Notes under the pieces: model-generated
What the model saw: the letters and a program-made list of their open reading frames with translations, nothing else
Told to the model about the DNA's origin: nothing
Databases searched by the model: none
NCBI GenBank assembly: GCA_963820525.1
Contig: CAWGAA010000002.1
Coordinates: 608,001 to 672,000, forward strand
Length of the DNA stretch: 64,000 bases
Reading direction: 5' to 3'
From: an uncultured Spirochaetota bacterium
GTDB lineage: Bacteria > Spirochaetota > Spirochaetia > SZUA-6 > Fen-1364
In this document: positions 10,659-19,766 of the stretch, in pieces
How the letters are laid out: every line of letters begins with the position of its first letter
How positions within the stretch are numbered: position 1 is the first letter of the stretch
Program-made: the position numbers and the translations under genes

Positions 10659-11061
10659 ACCTTCGCGAGATGAGCCAGACCGCCGAAAGGATCACCAGGT
10701 CGAGGGAGAGCTGCTGGAGCCAGACCAGGAAGTCGGGCTCGAAGATGTTGTTCATGAAGAACATATAGAAGATCCGTACCGCCCAGAAAATGAACACGCC
10801 GAGGGCCGATGCGTAGAGCAGCCGCGTCTTCATGCTCATGAAGAGGCCGAGGAGGAGAATGGCCCCTGAAACGAGGCAGAGGATCGAAATGAGGACGCTC
10901 AGGATGTCGTTTCTGCCCCCGAACACACGGATGACGGCGCGCCCGAACCTGCTGATGTCGGAGTTGTAGTACGCGATCCCGACGAGCCCCAGGAGAATGA
11001 AAAAGGCGGCCACGGCGACCTGCAGGAATATGAGCGAGCTGGGGAAATCTCTTTTCACCAT
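10651..11061 (-). CDS. Hypothetical 4-TM membrane protein
   Basis: Four hydrophobic segments; overlaps the nitroreductase start. Confidence 0.7.
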   Translation of the reverse strand: MVKRDFPSSLIFLQVAVAAFFILLGLVGIAYYNSDISRFGRAVIRVFGGRNDILSVLISILCLVSGAILLLGLFMSMKTRLLYASALGVFIFWAVRIFYMFFMNNIFEPDFLVWLQQLSLDLVILSAVWLISRRYA

Positions 11062-11182
11062 AGGAACTCCTTCAGCGTGTAATGTTCGGGCACTATACCA
11101 TGGCGGCGGAGAGCCTCACAAGAAGCGTCCCGAGCGCGGCGGGTAGTCCCGCCGGCGGGCCATCCGCTATACTCTGCTCAGC

Positions 11183-12250
11183 ATGAGAAAAATCCTCATC
11201 GCCGCGAGCGTGATTGCAGCCTCGCTTTTCGCAGCCGGCTGCGCCACCGACGCGGGCTATATCTGGAAGGAGACGGGGCCCTTTCTCCAGTACAGCTTCG
11301 GCAGCCGCGACATCGATTCCCTGCTCAAGGATCCACACACGACCCTGGATGTGAGGGCGCTCCTTCTCGCCGTCAAGGACATCAAGCGCTTCGCGATCGA
11401 GAAGATCGGCCTGGCCGACAATGCGAACTACACCCGCTTCAAGGAGGTGGACCGGGACTACCTCGTGAGCGTCGTTCAGGCATGCGACTCCGTATCCTTC
11501 ACACCCTATCAGTGGAGCTACCCGTTTCTCGGCAGCCTTCCCTACCGGGGCTTCTATGATCCCGCGGACGCCGCGGCGGAAGGGGAACGGCTGAAGAAGG
11601 CGGGCTACGACGTCATTATGCGGAAGGTGGACGCGTTCAGCACCCTCGGTTTCTTCAAGGACCCGGTGTATTCCTTCATGGAGCGCTACTCGACGTACGA
11701 GCTTGCCAACCTCGTCATTCATGAGCAGACCCACGCGACGATATTCCTCAAGGACCAGCCCCAGTTCAATGAGGAGCTTGCCTCCTTTGTTGGAGACCAG
11801 GGGGCGCTGGAGTTCCTTCGTTTTACCTATGGCGCTGATTCCAGCCAACTGCGGGACGCCGTCCTCCTTCAGGCCGACTCCGAGCTCTTTCTCGACTTTC
11901 TGAAGGAATTGAAGGAGGCTCTCAATGCGGTCTACACGGGCCCCCTTTCGCGGGATGAAAAGCTCATCGAGAAGGGCGGGATAATCGCGGAGTACCAGAA
12001 GAGGTTCAGCGCGGAGTATCAGCCGCGCTTCGCCACCTCAGGGTACAGGGAGGCGAAGGACCTGCCGCTGAACAACGCGTACATCTCCCTCTATAACCTG
12101 TATACGGATGACATTCCGCTCCTCCGCCGCTATGAGCAGCAGAAATGCGGGGAGAGCCTTTCACTTTTCATGCGCCAGGTCAGGCAGCTGTCCCGGGCGC
12201 CGGGAGGCATGGCGCAGAAGCTCGCGAAGGAGCTTGACGGCGGTCCCTGA
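11183..12250 (+). CDS. Putative zinc aminopeptidase lipoprotein (DUF2265-like)
   Basis: Lipobox AAGC, AFSTLGFFKDP, HEQTH zinc motif, FNEELA. Confidence 0.85.
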   Translation: MRKILIAASVIAASLFAAGCATDAGYIWKETGPFLQYSFGSRDIDSLLKDPHTTLDVRALLLAVKDIKRFAIEKIGLADNANYTRFKEVDRDYLVSVVQACDSVSFTPYQWSYPFLGSLPYRGFYDPADAAAEGERLKKAGYDVIMRKVDAFSTLGFFKDPVYSFMERYSTYELANLVIHEQTHATIFLKDQPQFNEELASFVGDQGALEFLRFTYGADSSQLRDAVLLQADSELFLDFLKELKEALNAVYTGPLSRDEKLIEKGGIIAEYQKRFSAEYQPRFATSGYREAKDLPLNNAYISLYNLYTDDIPLLRRYEQQKCGESLSLFMRQVRQLSRAPGGMAQKLAKELDGGP

Positions 12251-12406
12251 CCTACCTCTCCCGCGCGACCTTCTTCTCCACGAGGATCCAGGCCGACAGC
12301 GCTGCAAGGGCAGACAACCCTGCGCAGCTCACCATCACGGGACCCAGAAGCCGCGCATGAGACAATGTACTGACGTCTCAGTCCGTGCGGCCCGGGCGCG
12401 GGCGGA

Positions 12407-12790
12407 TCAGTGTCCGAGGTTCTCCCGCACCTTGTCGATGAGCACCCGCGGGTCCACCGGTTTTTCCAGGTACTCGTTCACGGGGAGGAAATCCGCGTCG
12501 CGTCGCTTGTCGAAGGAGAAGCCCGTCTTGGCCCCGACGCTGGTGACCATGATGATGGGGATGGTGGAAAGGTCCCCGTCCTGCTTCATCGAGTAGGACA
12601 CCTGGAAGCCCTCGTCGTCCGAGTTCATCATGACGTCGAGGATCACGAGGTCGGGTTTCTTCGCGCGCGCCTTCTCGAGGGCTTCCCTGCCGTTTGTCGC
12701 CCACTCGACGGCGTAGCCTTCGGACTGGAGAACGATCTTCATGGACTCGAAAACATCCCGGTCGTCGTCGACAATGAGTATGCTCTTCAT
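12407..12790 (-). CDS. Single-domain response regulator (REC)
   Basis: MKSILIVDDD, DLVILDVMM, PIIMVTS, EKP; start reassigned to the ATG overlapping the protease stop. Confidence 0.9.
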   Translation of the reverse strand: MKSILIVDDDRDVFESMKIVLQSEGYAVEWATNGREALEKARAKKPDLVILDVMMNSDDEGFQVSYSMKQDGDLSTIPIIMVTSVGAKTGFSFDKRRDADFLPVNEYLEKPVDPRVLIDKVRENLGH

Positions 12791-13272
12791 GGCAGTTGTG
12801 AAACCTCCTCCTTGATTTTCAACATCATCTGTCCAACACGCGCCGTGAGGCTCGGGGAAAGTCCGAGCCCGGCGCCCACCTCGGCGGGCTGAATCCCCGC
12901 GATCTTCAAGCGGGAGGCCGAGCCGAGCTCGCGCACGAGCTCGAGGACCTCTGCCAGCGGCATGGTGTGGGCCGAGCGCTCGGCGGTGCCGGCGGCAAGG
13001 ACCGCTTCTTCCGGCGAGAAGAAGCGCAGCTCCCCCGGGGCCGCGCGCATCTCGGCTGCGTCCAGCAGCAGCGCCCGCGGGGCCTCCATGAGGCACGCGC
13101 CTGCAAGGAGCGGGTCCGCGCCCGCCACGATGAGCTCGATCGCTTCCGGGTGGGCCGGCCTCCACGCGCCGCTTTCCAGCTCTTCTCGAAGCTTCTCCAC
13201 GAGGATCACTCCGATCGCGTCGTCCCCCATGTCGGCGTTTCCCATGCCGATGATGGCAAGCTTCTCCGCCAC
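12787..13272 (-). CDS. [NiFe]-hydrogenase maturation protease
   Basis: IIGMGNADMGDDAIG, LLDAA, SAH motif, GIQP. Confidence 0.92.
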   Translation of the reverse strand: MAEKLAIIGMGNADMGDDAIGVILVEKLREELESGAWRPAHPEAIELIVAGADPLLAGACLMEAPRALLLDAAEMRAAPGELRFFSPEEAVLAAGTAERSAHTMPLAEVLELVRELGSASRLKIAGIQPAEVGAGLGLSPSLTARVGQMMLKIKEEVSQLP

Positions 13273-13281
13273 GGCCTCTCC

Positions 13282-14598
13282 CTATTCGCGGAACTCCACG
13301 TCGAGGAAGTGCACGGAGCAGGAGATGCACGGATCGTAGGCGCGAACCAGCATCTCGAGGGTGAGGGTCATCTGCTCCCTGCTCATTGCCTTACCGATCA
13401 TCCAGGGCACCAGCTCCTTCATGTCGTCGTCGATGTTCTGCGTGTTCTGGGTGGTTGGGATGATGCAGTTGGCCTTCACCACCTGGCCTCGGTTGTCGTA
13501 GGTATAGTCGTGGAAGAGAATGCCGCGGGGAACCTCCGTTGCCTCGACACCCCTGCCTTCGCGAAGTCTGGCCGGAACAACGGGCTTCTCGTCCTTGATG
13601 CCGCGGCTCAGCATTCTATCGAGGAGCTTCAGAGACTCCTCCACCACATGCACGGTCTCCACGAGCTGCGCCGCCGTGTTGAGGAAGGGGTTCTTCACAA
13701 TGGGCTTCAGCCCCAGCTCGTCGGCCACGGCCCGGGCCATGGGGTTCAGCTTGTCGAAGTTGTTGTTCAGCCTGCCCAGGGCCCCGACGAAGTACGATGA
13801 GCGTGAGTGTTTGCAGTGCTTGGAGGTGGAGTGGGGCACGACAAACTCGTTGGTTATGCCGAGGTAGTCGTCCACGGGCGAGAGGCCCGTGTCCGTGGAG
13901 GCGATCTTCCCGTCGTAGAAGGCGTATTCCCCCTCGTCGCGAAGCCCGATGTACTCGGTCTCCCGGTTGAAGTCGGGGAACTTGGGCAGGAGGCTCTTCA
14001 CGAGCGCCAGGGACGCCTTCGCATCAGGGACCATCTGTTTCTCGAGCATCTCCTTGATCCACGTGAGGTCTTCGATGCTGGGAAGCTTCGTGAACCCGCC
14101 CGGAACCAGGCGGTTGGGATGGATGGTCCTTCCGCCCAGCTTGTCGCAGATATCGTTGGAGAGCTTCTTCATCCGAAGGGCCATCTTGACGGCGTCGGGA
14201 TGGCTCTTGGCGAGCGGGACGACGGAGGGAACTCCCAGGAGATCCGGGGCGGCCAGGAAGTAGATGTGGAGCACGTGGCTCTGCATCGTGGCCCCATAGG
14301 TCAGGAGCTTTCGGAGCAGGACCGTCTGCTCGCTCACGGCGATGTCCAGAGCCTTCTCCGTGGCCTTGAGCGATGTCAGCTGGTGGCCCACCGAGCAGAT
14401 CCCGCAGATCCGCGAGGTGATCAGGGCGATATCCGTGTAGGGGTAGCCCTTGATCATCGCCTCGAAGTAGCGGGGCGGCTCCACCACCTCGAGGTGGGAG
14501 CGCACGAGCTTTCCCTCCCGCATGTCGATCACGATGTTGCCGTGACCCTCCACGCGCGTGACGTAGGGGACCGTTATAGTGAGCGAAAGATCATTCAT
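13282..14598 (-). CDS. hydA: Group 3b [NiFe]-hydrogenase large (alpha) subunit
   Basis: TRVEGHG, L1 SRICGICSVGH, EVPRGILFH, L2 RAYDPCISCSVH plus a cleavable C-terminal tail. Confidence 0.95.
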   Translation of the reverse strand: MNDLSLTITVPYVTRVEGHGNIVIDMREGKLVRSHLEVVEPPRYFEAMIKGYPYTDIALITSRICGICSVGHQLTSLKATEKALDIAVSEQTVLLRKLLTYGATMQSHVLHIYFLAAPDLLGVPSVVPLAKSHPDAVKMALRMKKLSNDICDKLGGRTIHPNRLVPGGFTKLPSIEDLTWIKEMLEKQMVPDAKASLALVKSLLPKFPDFNRETEYIGLRDEGEYAFYDGKIASTDTGLSPVDDYLGITNEFVVPHSTSKHCKHSRSSYFVGALGRLNNNFDKLNPMARAVADELGLKPIVKNPFLNTAAQLVETVHVVEESLKLLDRMLSRGIKDEKPVVPARLREGRGVEATEVPRGILFHDYTYDNRGQVVKANCIIPTTQNTQNIDDDMKELVPWMIGKAMSREQMTLTLEMLVRAYDPCISCSVHFLDVEFRE

Positions 14599-15346
14599 CG
14601 CGATTCTCCTCCACCTCGACGTAGTTGGAGTTGAACATGTAGAACCTGTTCCTGATCTGGTGCATGGAAAGCTTGTGCTTCTCCATCACGTCCCGGGCCG
14701 CGTTCTTGTTCAGGTCGAGAACGAGCCCCCGGCAGCCGAAGCAGAAGGCGCCGTTTGACGGGCAGGCGGCGTTGCAGCCGGCACGCGTAACGGGGCCCAT
14801 GCAGACGATGCCGGAGTCGAAGAGGCACTCGTTCTCCTGCGCCTTGCACTCCACGCACACCGCGTGCTCGGGGATCACGGGCTGTTTTCCCGTGAGGATG
14901 GCGGAAAGAATCCGCTTGAACTCCTGGTTGTCCATGGGACAGCCGGGAACGAAGTAGTCCACCTTGACCACGTCGGAGAGGGCCTGCGCCTTGATCGAGG
15001 GGAAGAGGTACTTGTCCTTGCCGTATACCTCCTCCTTCACCGCGTCGATGTTCATGCGGTTCCTGATGGCGTTGACCCCGCCCGTGCAGGCGCACGCGCC
15101 CAGGGCCACCAGCACGGCGGCTTGCCGCCTGATCTTGTGGATCCTCTCCACGCAGTGGGGGGTGCTGATGGAGCCTTCCACGAAGGCGATCTCGTAATCC
15201 TCTCTGCGGTCGGAGATGGCCTCGCGGAAGTTGACAAGCTCTACAAGCTCGAGGATTCCCAGGATGTCGTCCTCGAGGTTGAGCTTGGAGAGCTGGCAGC
15301 CCTCGCAGCTCGTGAAATCGAAGAAGGCTACCTTCGGCTTGCTCAT
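14591..15346 (-). CDS. hydD: Group 3b hydrogenase small (delta) subunit
   Basis: FTSCEGCQ, VEGS, GACACTGG, PGCP, VCVEC, CMGPVTRAGCNAACP, CFGCRG; start at MSKPK. Confidence 0.93.
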   Translation of the reverse strand: MSKPKVAFFDFTSCEGCQLSKLNLEDDILGILELVELVNFREAISDRREDYEIAFVEGSISTPHCVERIHKIRRQAAVLVALGACACTGGVNAIRNRMNIDAVKEEVYGKDKYLFPSIKAQALSDVVKVDYFVPGCPMDNQEFKRILSAILTGKQPVIPEHAVCVECKAQENECLFDSGIVCMGPVTRAGCNAACPSNGAFCFGCRGLVLDLNKNAARDVMEKHKLSMHQIRNRFYMFNSNYVEVEENRDE

Positions 15347-16176
15347 CGGATGGCCTCCTTGAGGTCCTTGATTTTGGCGTAGTTGAACACGGGGCCGTCC
15401 TGGCAGACGTACACGTTGTTGATCTGGCAGTGGCCGCATTTTCCCGCCCCGCACTTCATCTTGCGCTCGAGGGAGACCCAGATCTGCTCGTCGCGGATTC
15501 CCTTGGAGCGGAGCGCCAGGATGGCGAACTTGTAGACGACGGGGGGGCCGCAGATGACGGCCACGGTCTTTGCCAGGTCCAGCTTGAGATCGGGGATCAG
15601 GGTCGTGATGACTCCCACGTGCCCCTCCCACCCGTTGACACCGCGGTCAACGGTCACCGCGTACTCTATGTCTTTTCTGGTTTCCCAACCCTTGCGTTCC
15701 TTGTCGAAGAGGAGCTCCGCCGGGGTCTTGGCTCCATAGAGGATGATGACCCGGCCGTAGCGCTTCCTCTGCTTGGCGTCGATGAGGGAGTTTATCAGGG
15801 AGCGAAGGGGGACCATCCCGATTCCCGCTCCGATCACGATCACATCCTTGCCCTCGAACTCGGAAAGCGGGAAGCCCTTCCCGAACGGCCCGCGGATGCC
15901 GACCTTCTCTCCCGCCCTCATGCCGTGCATGACCGCGGTGAGGTTTCCCACCCGCCTGACGACCATCTCGAAGCTCCCCTTCTTCAGGGGAGAGGAGGAG
16001 ACGGAGATTGGCGCCTCCCCGACGCCGAAGATCGATACTTCCACGAATTGCCCCGGCACGTGTCCCAGGTCACGCCCGCCGGGCATCTTCACCTCGAAGA
16101 AAGACTCCAGCTCCGTGAGCTTCTCCACCTTCGACAATTCCGCCATCTCGGGAACGTATATCGACTGCATCTCCAT
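15343..16176 (-). CDS. hydG: Group 3b hydrogenase gamma subunit (FAD/NAD(P)-binding, 2Fe-2S)
   Basis: PGQF, GEAPIS, RGPFG, CGPP, ERKMKCGAGKCGHC, CQDGPVF. Confidence 0.93.
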   Translation of the reverse strand: MEMQSIYVPEMAELSKVEKLTELESFFEVKMPGGRDLGHVPGQFVEVSIFGVGEAPISVSSSPLKKGSFEMVVRRVGNLTAVMHGMRAGEKVGIRGPFGKGFPLSEFEGKDVIVIGAGIGMVPLRSLINSLIDAKQRKRYGRVIILYGAKTPAELLFDKERKGWETRKDIEYAVTVDRGVNGWEGHVGVITTLIPDLKLDLAKTVAVICGPPVVYKFAILALRSKGIRDEQIWVSLERKMKCGAGKCGHCQINNVYVCQDGPVFNYAKIKDLKEAIR

Positions 16177-16185
16177 GTCTTTCTC

Positions 16186-17175
16186 CTACAGAAGGGCGTT
16201 CATCACGTCCGCGATGTTGATACCGGCCGTGCACTGGCGCACGCAGCGGCCGCAGCCGACGCAGAAGGGGCGGCCCTTCTCGTCCATGATATAGGCGAAC
16301 TTGCGCGACATCCTGTGCCGCACCCGGTCGTTCCTCTTCTCGCGGAAGGCCTCGCCGCCCGCCACCGTGGTGAAGGAGAGAAACTGGCAGGAATCCCACT
16401 TGCGCAGCCGCACGCCCTCGGCGCCGCCGAGGACCGTCTGATCGTCGACGTCGAAGCAGTAACAGGTGGGACAGACGATGTTGCAGGTGCCGCAGGAGTA
16501 GCACTTGCGGGCCGTTTCCTGCCAGACAGGGCTTGCGTAAGCCCCGTGGAAGACCTCGCGAATGCCCGCGACGGACTGCTTGAGCTTGTTCTTGAAATGG
16601 ACCACGGGGTCGCCCCCGCATTCGCGGTCTATCAGGATGGGGGAAAGCAGTCCCGCAATAGCGCTTCCCTTGTCCGTCAAGGCCTCGACCCGGTAATGCC
16701 CGTCGAACCGCGTGAGAAACACGTCGAAGCCCTCTTTGAAGCTGGCGGGAATCCCCACCGAGTCGGCGAAATGGTACTCGTCGGGCTCGTAGCTCACCCC
16801 GACGAACACGGCGTTTTCCCTTTTTTTCAGGTAGGTCTGATCGGGCACACCGCTTTTGAACGCGTAGTCCAGCCTGAAGAGGCCTTGAAGCTCGTAGTTG
16901 TGCACGCCGAAGAAAAGAGTCGGCTGGCTCTTGATTTCAGGAGCGCTCGCCTTCTGGGTCTCCCTGTTGTAGCTCAGGATCACATCATTGGGGAGGAAGA
17001 ATTTCTTCAGCGGAAGGATTGTGGTGGTATAGTCGATGACCACCTCGCCTGGATCCTGGATCGCGGCGAAGACGAAGCTTTTCCCCTTGGCGATGGGGGC
17101 GATAACGGAAAACTTTCTCTGCAATAATGAGACAGCATCAGGGAGCTTCTCCCTGGGGATAGCCTTTTGCACCAT
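16186..17175 (-). CDS. hydB: Group 3b hydrogenase beta subunit (AsrA-like 4Fe-4S protein)
   Basis: CYSCGTCNIVCPTCYCF, WDSC, CVGCGRCVRQC; start MVQK after GAGGAGG. Confidence 0.9.
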   Translation of the reverse strand: MVQKAIPREKLPDAVSLLQRKFSVIAPIAKGKSFVFAAIQDPGEVVIDYTTTILPLKKFFLPNDVILSYNRETQKASAPEIKSQPTLFFGVHNYELQGLFRLDYAFKSGVPDQTYLKKRENAVFVGVSYEPDEYHFADSVGIPASFKEGFDVFLTRFDGHYRVEALTDKGSAIAGLLSPILIDRECGGDPVVHFKNKLKQSVAGIREVFHGAYASPVWQETARKCYSCGTCNIVCPTCYCFDVDDQTVLGGAEGVRLRKWDSCQFLSFTTVAGGEAFREKRNDRVRHRMSRKFAYIMDEKGRPFCVGCGRCVRQCTAGINIADVMNALL

Positions 17176-17241
17176 GGGCCGCCTCCTCGGTGGATTTACG
17201 GTAGAGCATATACCACCATAGATGATTATTCCTGTCAAGAT

Positions 17242-17261
17242 ATCGTGCATGAAGGCACGAT
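17242..17261. promoter_or_regulatory. Palindromic operator upstream of the hydrogenase operon (Rex-like geometry)
   Basis: ATCGTGC-ATGAAG-GCACGAT, next to a minus-strand TTGACA at 17233-17238. Confidence 0.5.
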
Positions 17262-17350
17262 TCATGGCCTCAATCGTGTCTCCCTGTTCGAGAAAACCAC
17301 ATCATTCGGGCTTGAATTCGCGTGAATATCTCTGCTAATATCCGCTCGCG

Positions 17351-18028
17351 ATGGCTCTCTTCCTCGTCTTTTCGATTCCTCTTTTCTGCCTTTTCGTGGC
17401 CATGCTCTCCTGGGACCCTATGAGCGCTCCCCGCAAGTTATCGCTTCTCTCCGTGTTCTTCTGGGGGCTTCTCTGCTTCATCCCCGGCGCCTTGATCCTG
17501 GCTGTCCTAAAGGCAATCGTCGGGTCGCCGCTGACGGGGCTGCCTCTATACCTCTCGCTTCTCCTGCGGGATCACCTGGCCCCCCTCCTTCTTGCCGTGG
17601 GGGCATTCATCCTCGTGCAGAGAAAGCTCGACTTTCCCGCGGCTCTGGAGGGGATTTTCCTCACCGCTTTCGTCTTTCTCTGCGGTTTCTATTCCCTGTT
17701 CGGCCTGGCGATCTTCATCAGGCTCTTCGGTCACTGGGATGTCTCGGACCTTTTCCTGCTGCCCCTGCTGCGGATCGCGGCGATCCTTCTGGTGTCGATG
17801 GGCGCCTCGCGCTTCTATCGCTGGCAGGGCAGGTCTGCTGCCGCGTACCTGGGAGTCGCGGCCGGCTTATGCCTTCCGCTGGCGCTGATCGGCTGGCTGT
17901 ACGGCGTAAACTTCAGGTGGATTTCGACGGTGTGCGTGATTGCAGCGTTCTGCACCGCCGCCGCGGTGTTCATCGGGCGTTTTCCTCGGGCCCTCGGAAT
18001 CGGGCGTCACGCGCCGGAGAGGCTCTAG
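17351..18028 (+). CDS. Hypothetical multi-pass membrane protein
   Basis: 225 aa with about 7 hydrophobic segments. Confidence 0.7.
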   Translation: MALFLVFSIPLFCLFVAMLSWDPMSAPRKLSLLSVFFWGLLCFIPGALILAVLKAIVGSPLTGLPLYLSLLLRDHLAPLLLAVGAFILVQRKLDFPAALEGIFLTAFVFLCGFYSLFGLAIFIRLFGHWDVSDLFLLPLLRIAAILLVSMGASRFYRWQGRSAAAYLGVAAGLCLPLALIGWLYGVNFRWISTVCVIAAFCTAAAVFIGRFPRALGIGRHAPERL

Positions 18029-18073
18029 AACCCCGGCCCCGCGCCGGGCCCTGCGGGCTCCCCGCCCACGCTT

Positions 18074-18667
18074 CTATGTTTCCCGGGAGAGCAGTCCCTT
18101 TGCAATGAGATCGACGAGGGTGGGAGTGTCGATGAGGTACTCGGGGCCGTTGGCCTTTCGAAAGATCCCCGGGTCCGTGGACAGCACCGAAACGATGGTG
18201 TAGTAGACCAGAAGCGCGCTCTTGCCGATGTCCAGCTCCGGGGAGAAGATGCCTTCCTCCGCCCCCTGCTCGAGGATGGAGCGCACGGTTTCCACTCCTT
18301 CGAAGAAGAAGTCCTTGCTATAGCGGGATTGCAGCCACTTGGTTATCAGATCGTTGGCCGGCCTGTACAGGTCCCGATAGATGGGGTAGGTGTCGAGGAA
18401 CCAGGAGAAGGTGGTCACGTACGACTCGAGCTTCTCCATGGCGTTGGTGGCGCTTTTCTCCTTCATGCTGATCTGATAGTGGAACTCGTTGTATGTCTCC
18501 AGCATGACGGAGAAGAAGAGCTCCTCTTTGTTCTTGAAATAGTTGTAAAAGGTCGGCTTCGAGATGCCGATCTCCGCGATCAGCTGGGAGAGGGACGCTT
18601 TTCTGTAGCCGTACCTGTGGAAATATTCGCGCGCCTTTTCGAGGGCTTTTTCCTTTTTTTCTTCCAT
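18074..18667 (-). CDS. TetR/AcrR family regulator
   Basis: GYRKASLSQLIAEIGISKPTFYNYFKNKEELF HTH. Confidence 0.92.
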   Translation of the reverse strand: MEEKKEKALEKAREYFHRYGYRKASLSQLIAEIGISKPTFYNYFKNKEELFFSVMLETYNEFHYQISMKEKSATNAMEKLESYVTTFSWFLDTYPIYRDLYRPANDLITKWLQSRYSKDFFFEGVETVRSILEQGAEEGIFSPELDIGKSALLVYYTIVSVLSTDPGIFRKANGPEYLIDTPTLVDLIAKGLLSRET

Positions 18668-18683
18668 TCCATTCCAATCAGAC

Positions 18684-18706
18684 AGACCCGCCCCGCGGGC
18701 GGGTCT
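18684..18706. terminator. GC-rich hairpin downstream of fba
   Basis: AGACCCGCCC-cgc-GGGCGGGTCT, 10-bp stem without a U-tract. Confidence 0.4.
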
Positions 18707-18725
18707 CGAGCATACGCCGGGTCCT

Positions 18726-19697
18726 CTATGCCTGGCCAGCGCTTCCCAGCACGTCCTTGTTCTTGCGGATGATGAGCTTCTTCAGCTCCTCGCGAGCGGG
18801 TCCCAGGTACTTGCGCGGATCGAACTCTCCCGGATTCTCGCCGAAGACCTTGCGGATCATCGCCGTCATCACGAGCCTGCCGTCCGAATCGATGTTGATC
18901 TTGCACACGGCCGAGCGGGCGGCCTTTCGAAGCTGTTCCTCGGGGATCCCGATTGCCCCCTCCATCTTGCCGCCGTACTTGTTGATGATCTCCACGTATT
19001 CCTGCACGACGGATGAGGCCCCGTGGAGCACGATGGGGAACCCCGGAATCCTCCGCTCGACCTCCTCCAGGATGTCGAAGCGCAGCGTGGGGGGAGGGTC
19101 TCCCGGCTTCACCTTGAACTTGTAGGCGCCGTGGGAGGTCCCGATGGAGATGGCGAGGCTGTCCACTCCCGTCTTTTTCACGAAGTCTTCCACGTCTTCG
19201 GGATTCGTATAATGCGACTTCTCTGCGTGGACCTCGTCTTCGATGCCGGCCAGCACGCCCAGCTCGCCCTCCACGGTGACGTCGTGTTTATGCGCGAAAT
19301 CGACCACCTTCTTGGTGAGCTCCACGTTCTTCTCGTAGGGGTGGGCGGAGCCGTCGATCATGACCGAGGAGAAGCCGGACTCCACGCAGGAGACGACCAG
19401 CTCGTAGGAGTCGCCGTGGTCGAGATGGAGAGCCACGGGGATGGGAGTCCCCGATGCCTTGATCATCTCCATGGCGCCCTGGGCCATATAGCGAAGGAGC
19501 ACCTGGTTCGCGTACTGGCGGGCCCCTTTTGAAATCTGAAGGATCACGGGAGACTTGCTTTCGAGACAGCCCGAAATGATGGCCTGGAGCTGCTCCATGT
19601 TATTGAAATTGTACGCGGGGATCGCGTACTTGCCTTTCATGGCTTTCTTGAACATTTCCCTGGTATTTACGAGCCCGAGCTCTTTATATGAAACCAT
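18726..19697 (-). CDS. fba: Class II fructose-1,6-bisphosphate aldolase
   Basis: MVSYKELGLVNT, LHLDHG, VEGELG, GTSHG, VLHGASS, KINIDSD. Confidence 0.95.
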   Translation of the reverse strand: MVSYKELGLVNTREMFKKAMKGKYAIPAYNFNNMEQLQAIISGCLESKSPVILQISKGARQYANQVLLRYMAQGAMEMIKASGTPIPVALHLDHGDSYELVVSCVESGFSSVMIDGSAHPYEKNVELTKKVVDFAHKHDVTVEGELGVLAGIEDEVHAEKSHYTNPEDVEDFVKKTGVDSLAISIGTSHGAYKFKVKPGDPPPTLRFDILEEVERRIPGFPIVLHGASSVVQEYVEIINKYGGKMEGAIGIPEEQLRKAARSAVCKINIDSDGRLVMTAMIRKVFGENPGEFDPRKYLGPAREELKKLIIRKNKDVLGSAGQA

Positions 19698-19766
19698 TCC
19701 CTTTCCTCCTGAACTATGGACTAATATGGATTGATCGGGATACAGTGTCAAGCCGGGTCACTTTGC

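Noticed and set aside
13282..13340. Possible [NiFeSe] hydrogenase
   Set aside because: The L2 motif codons are TGC (Cys), not TGA
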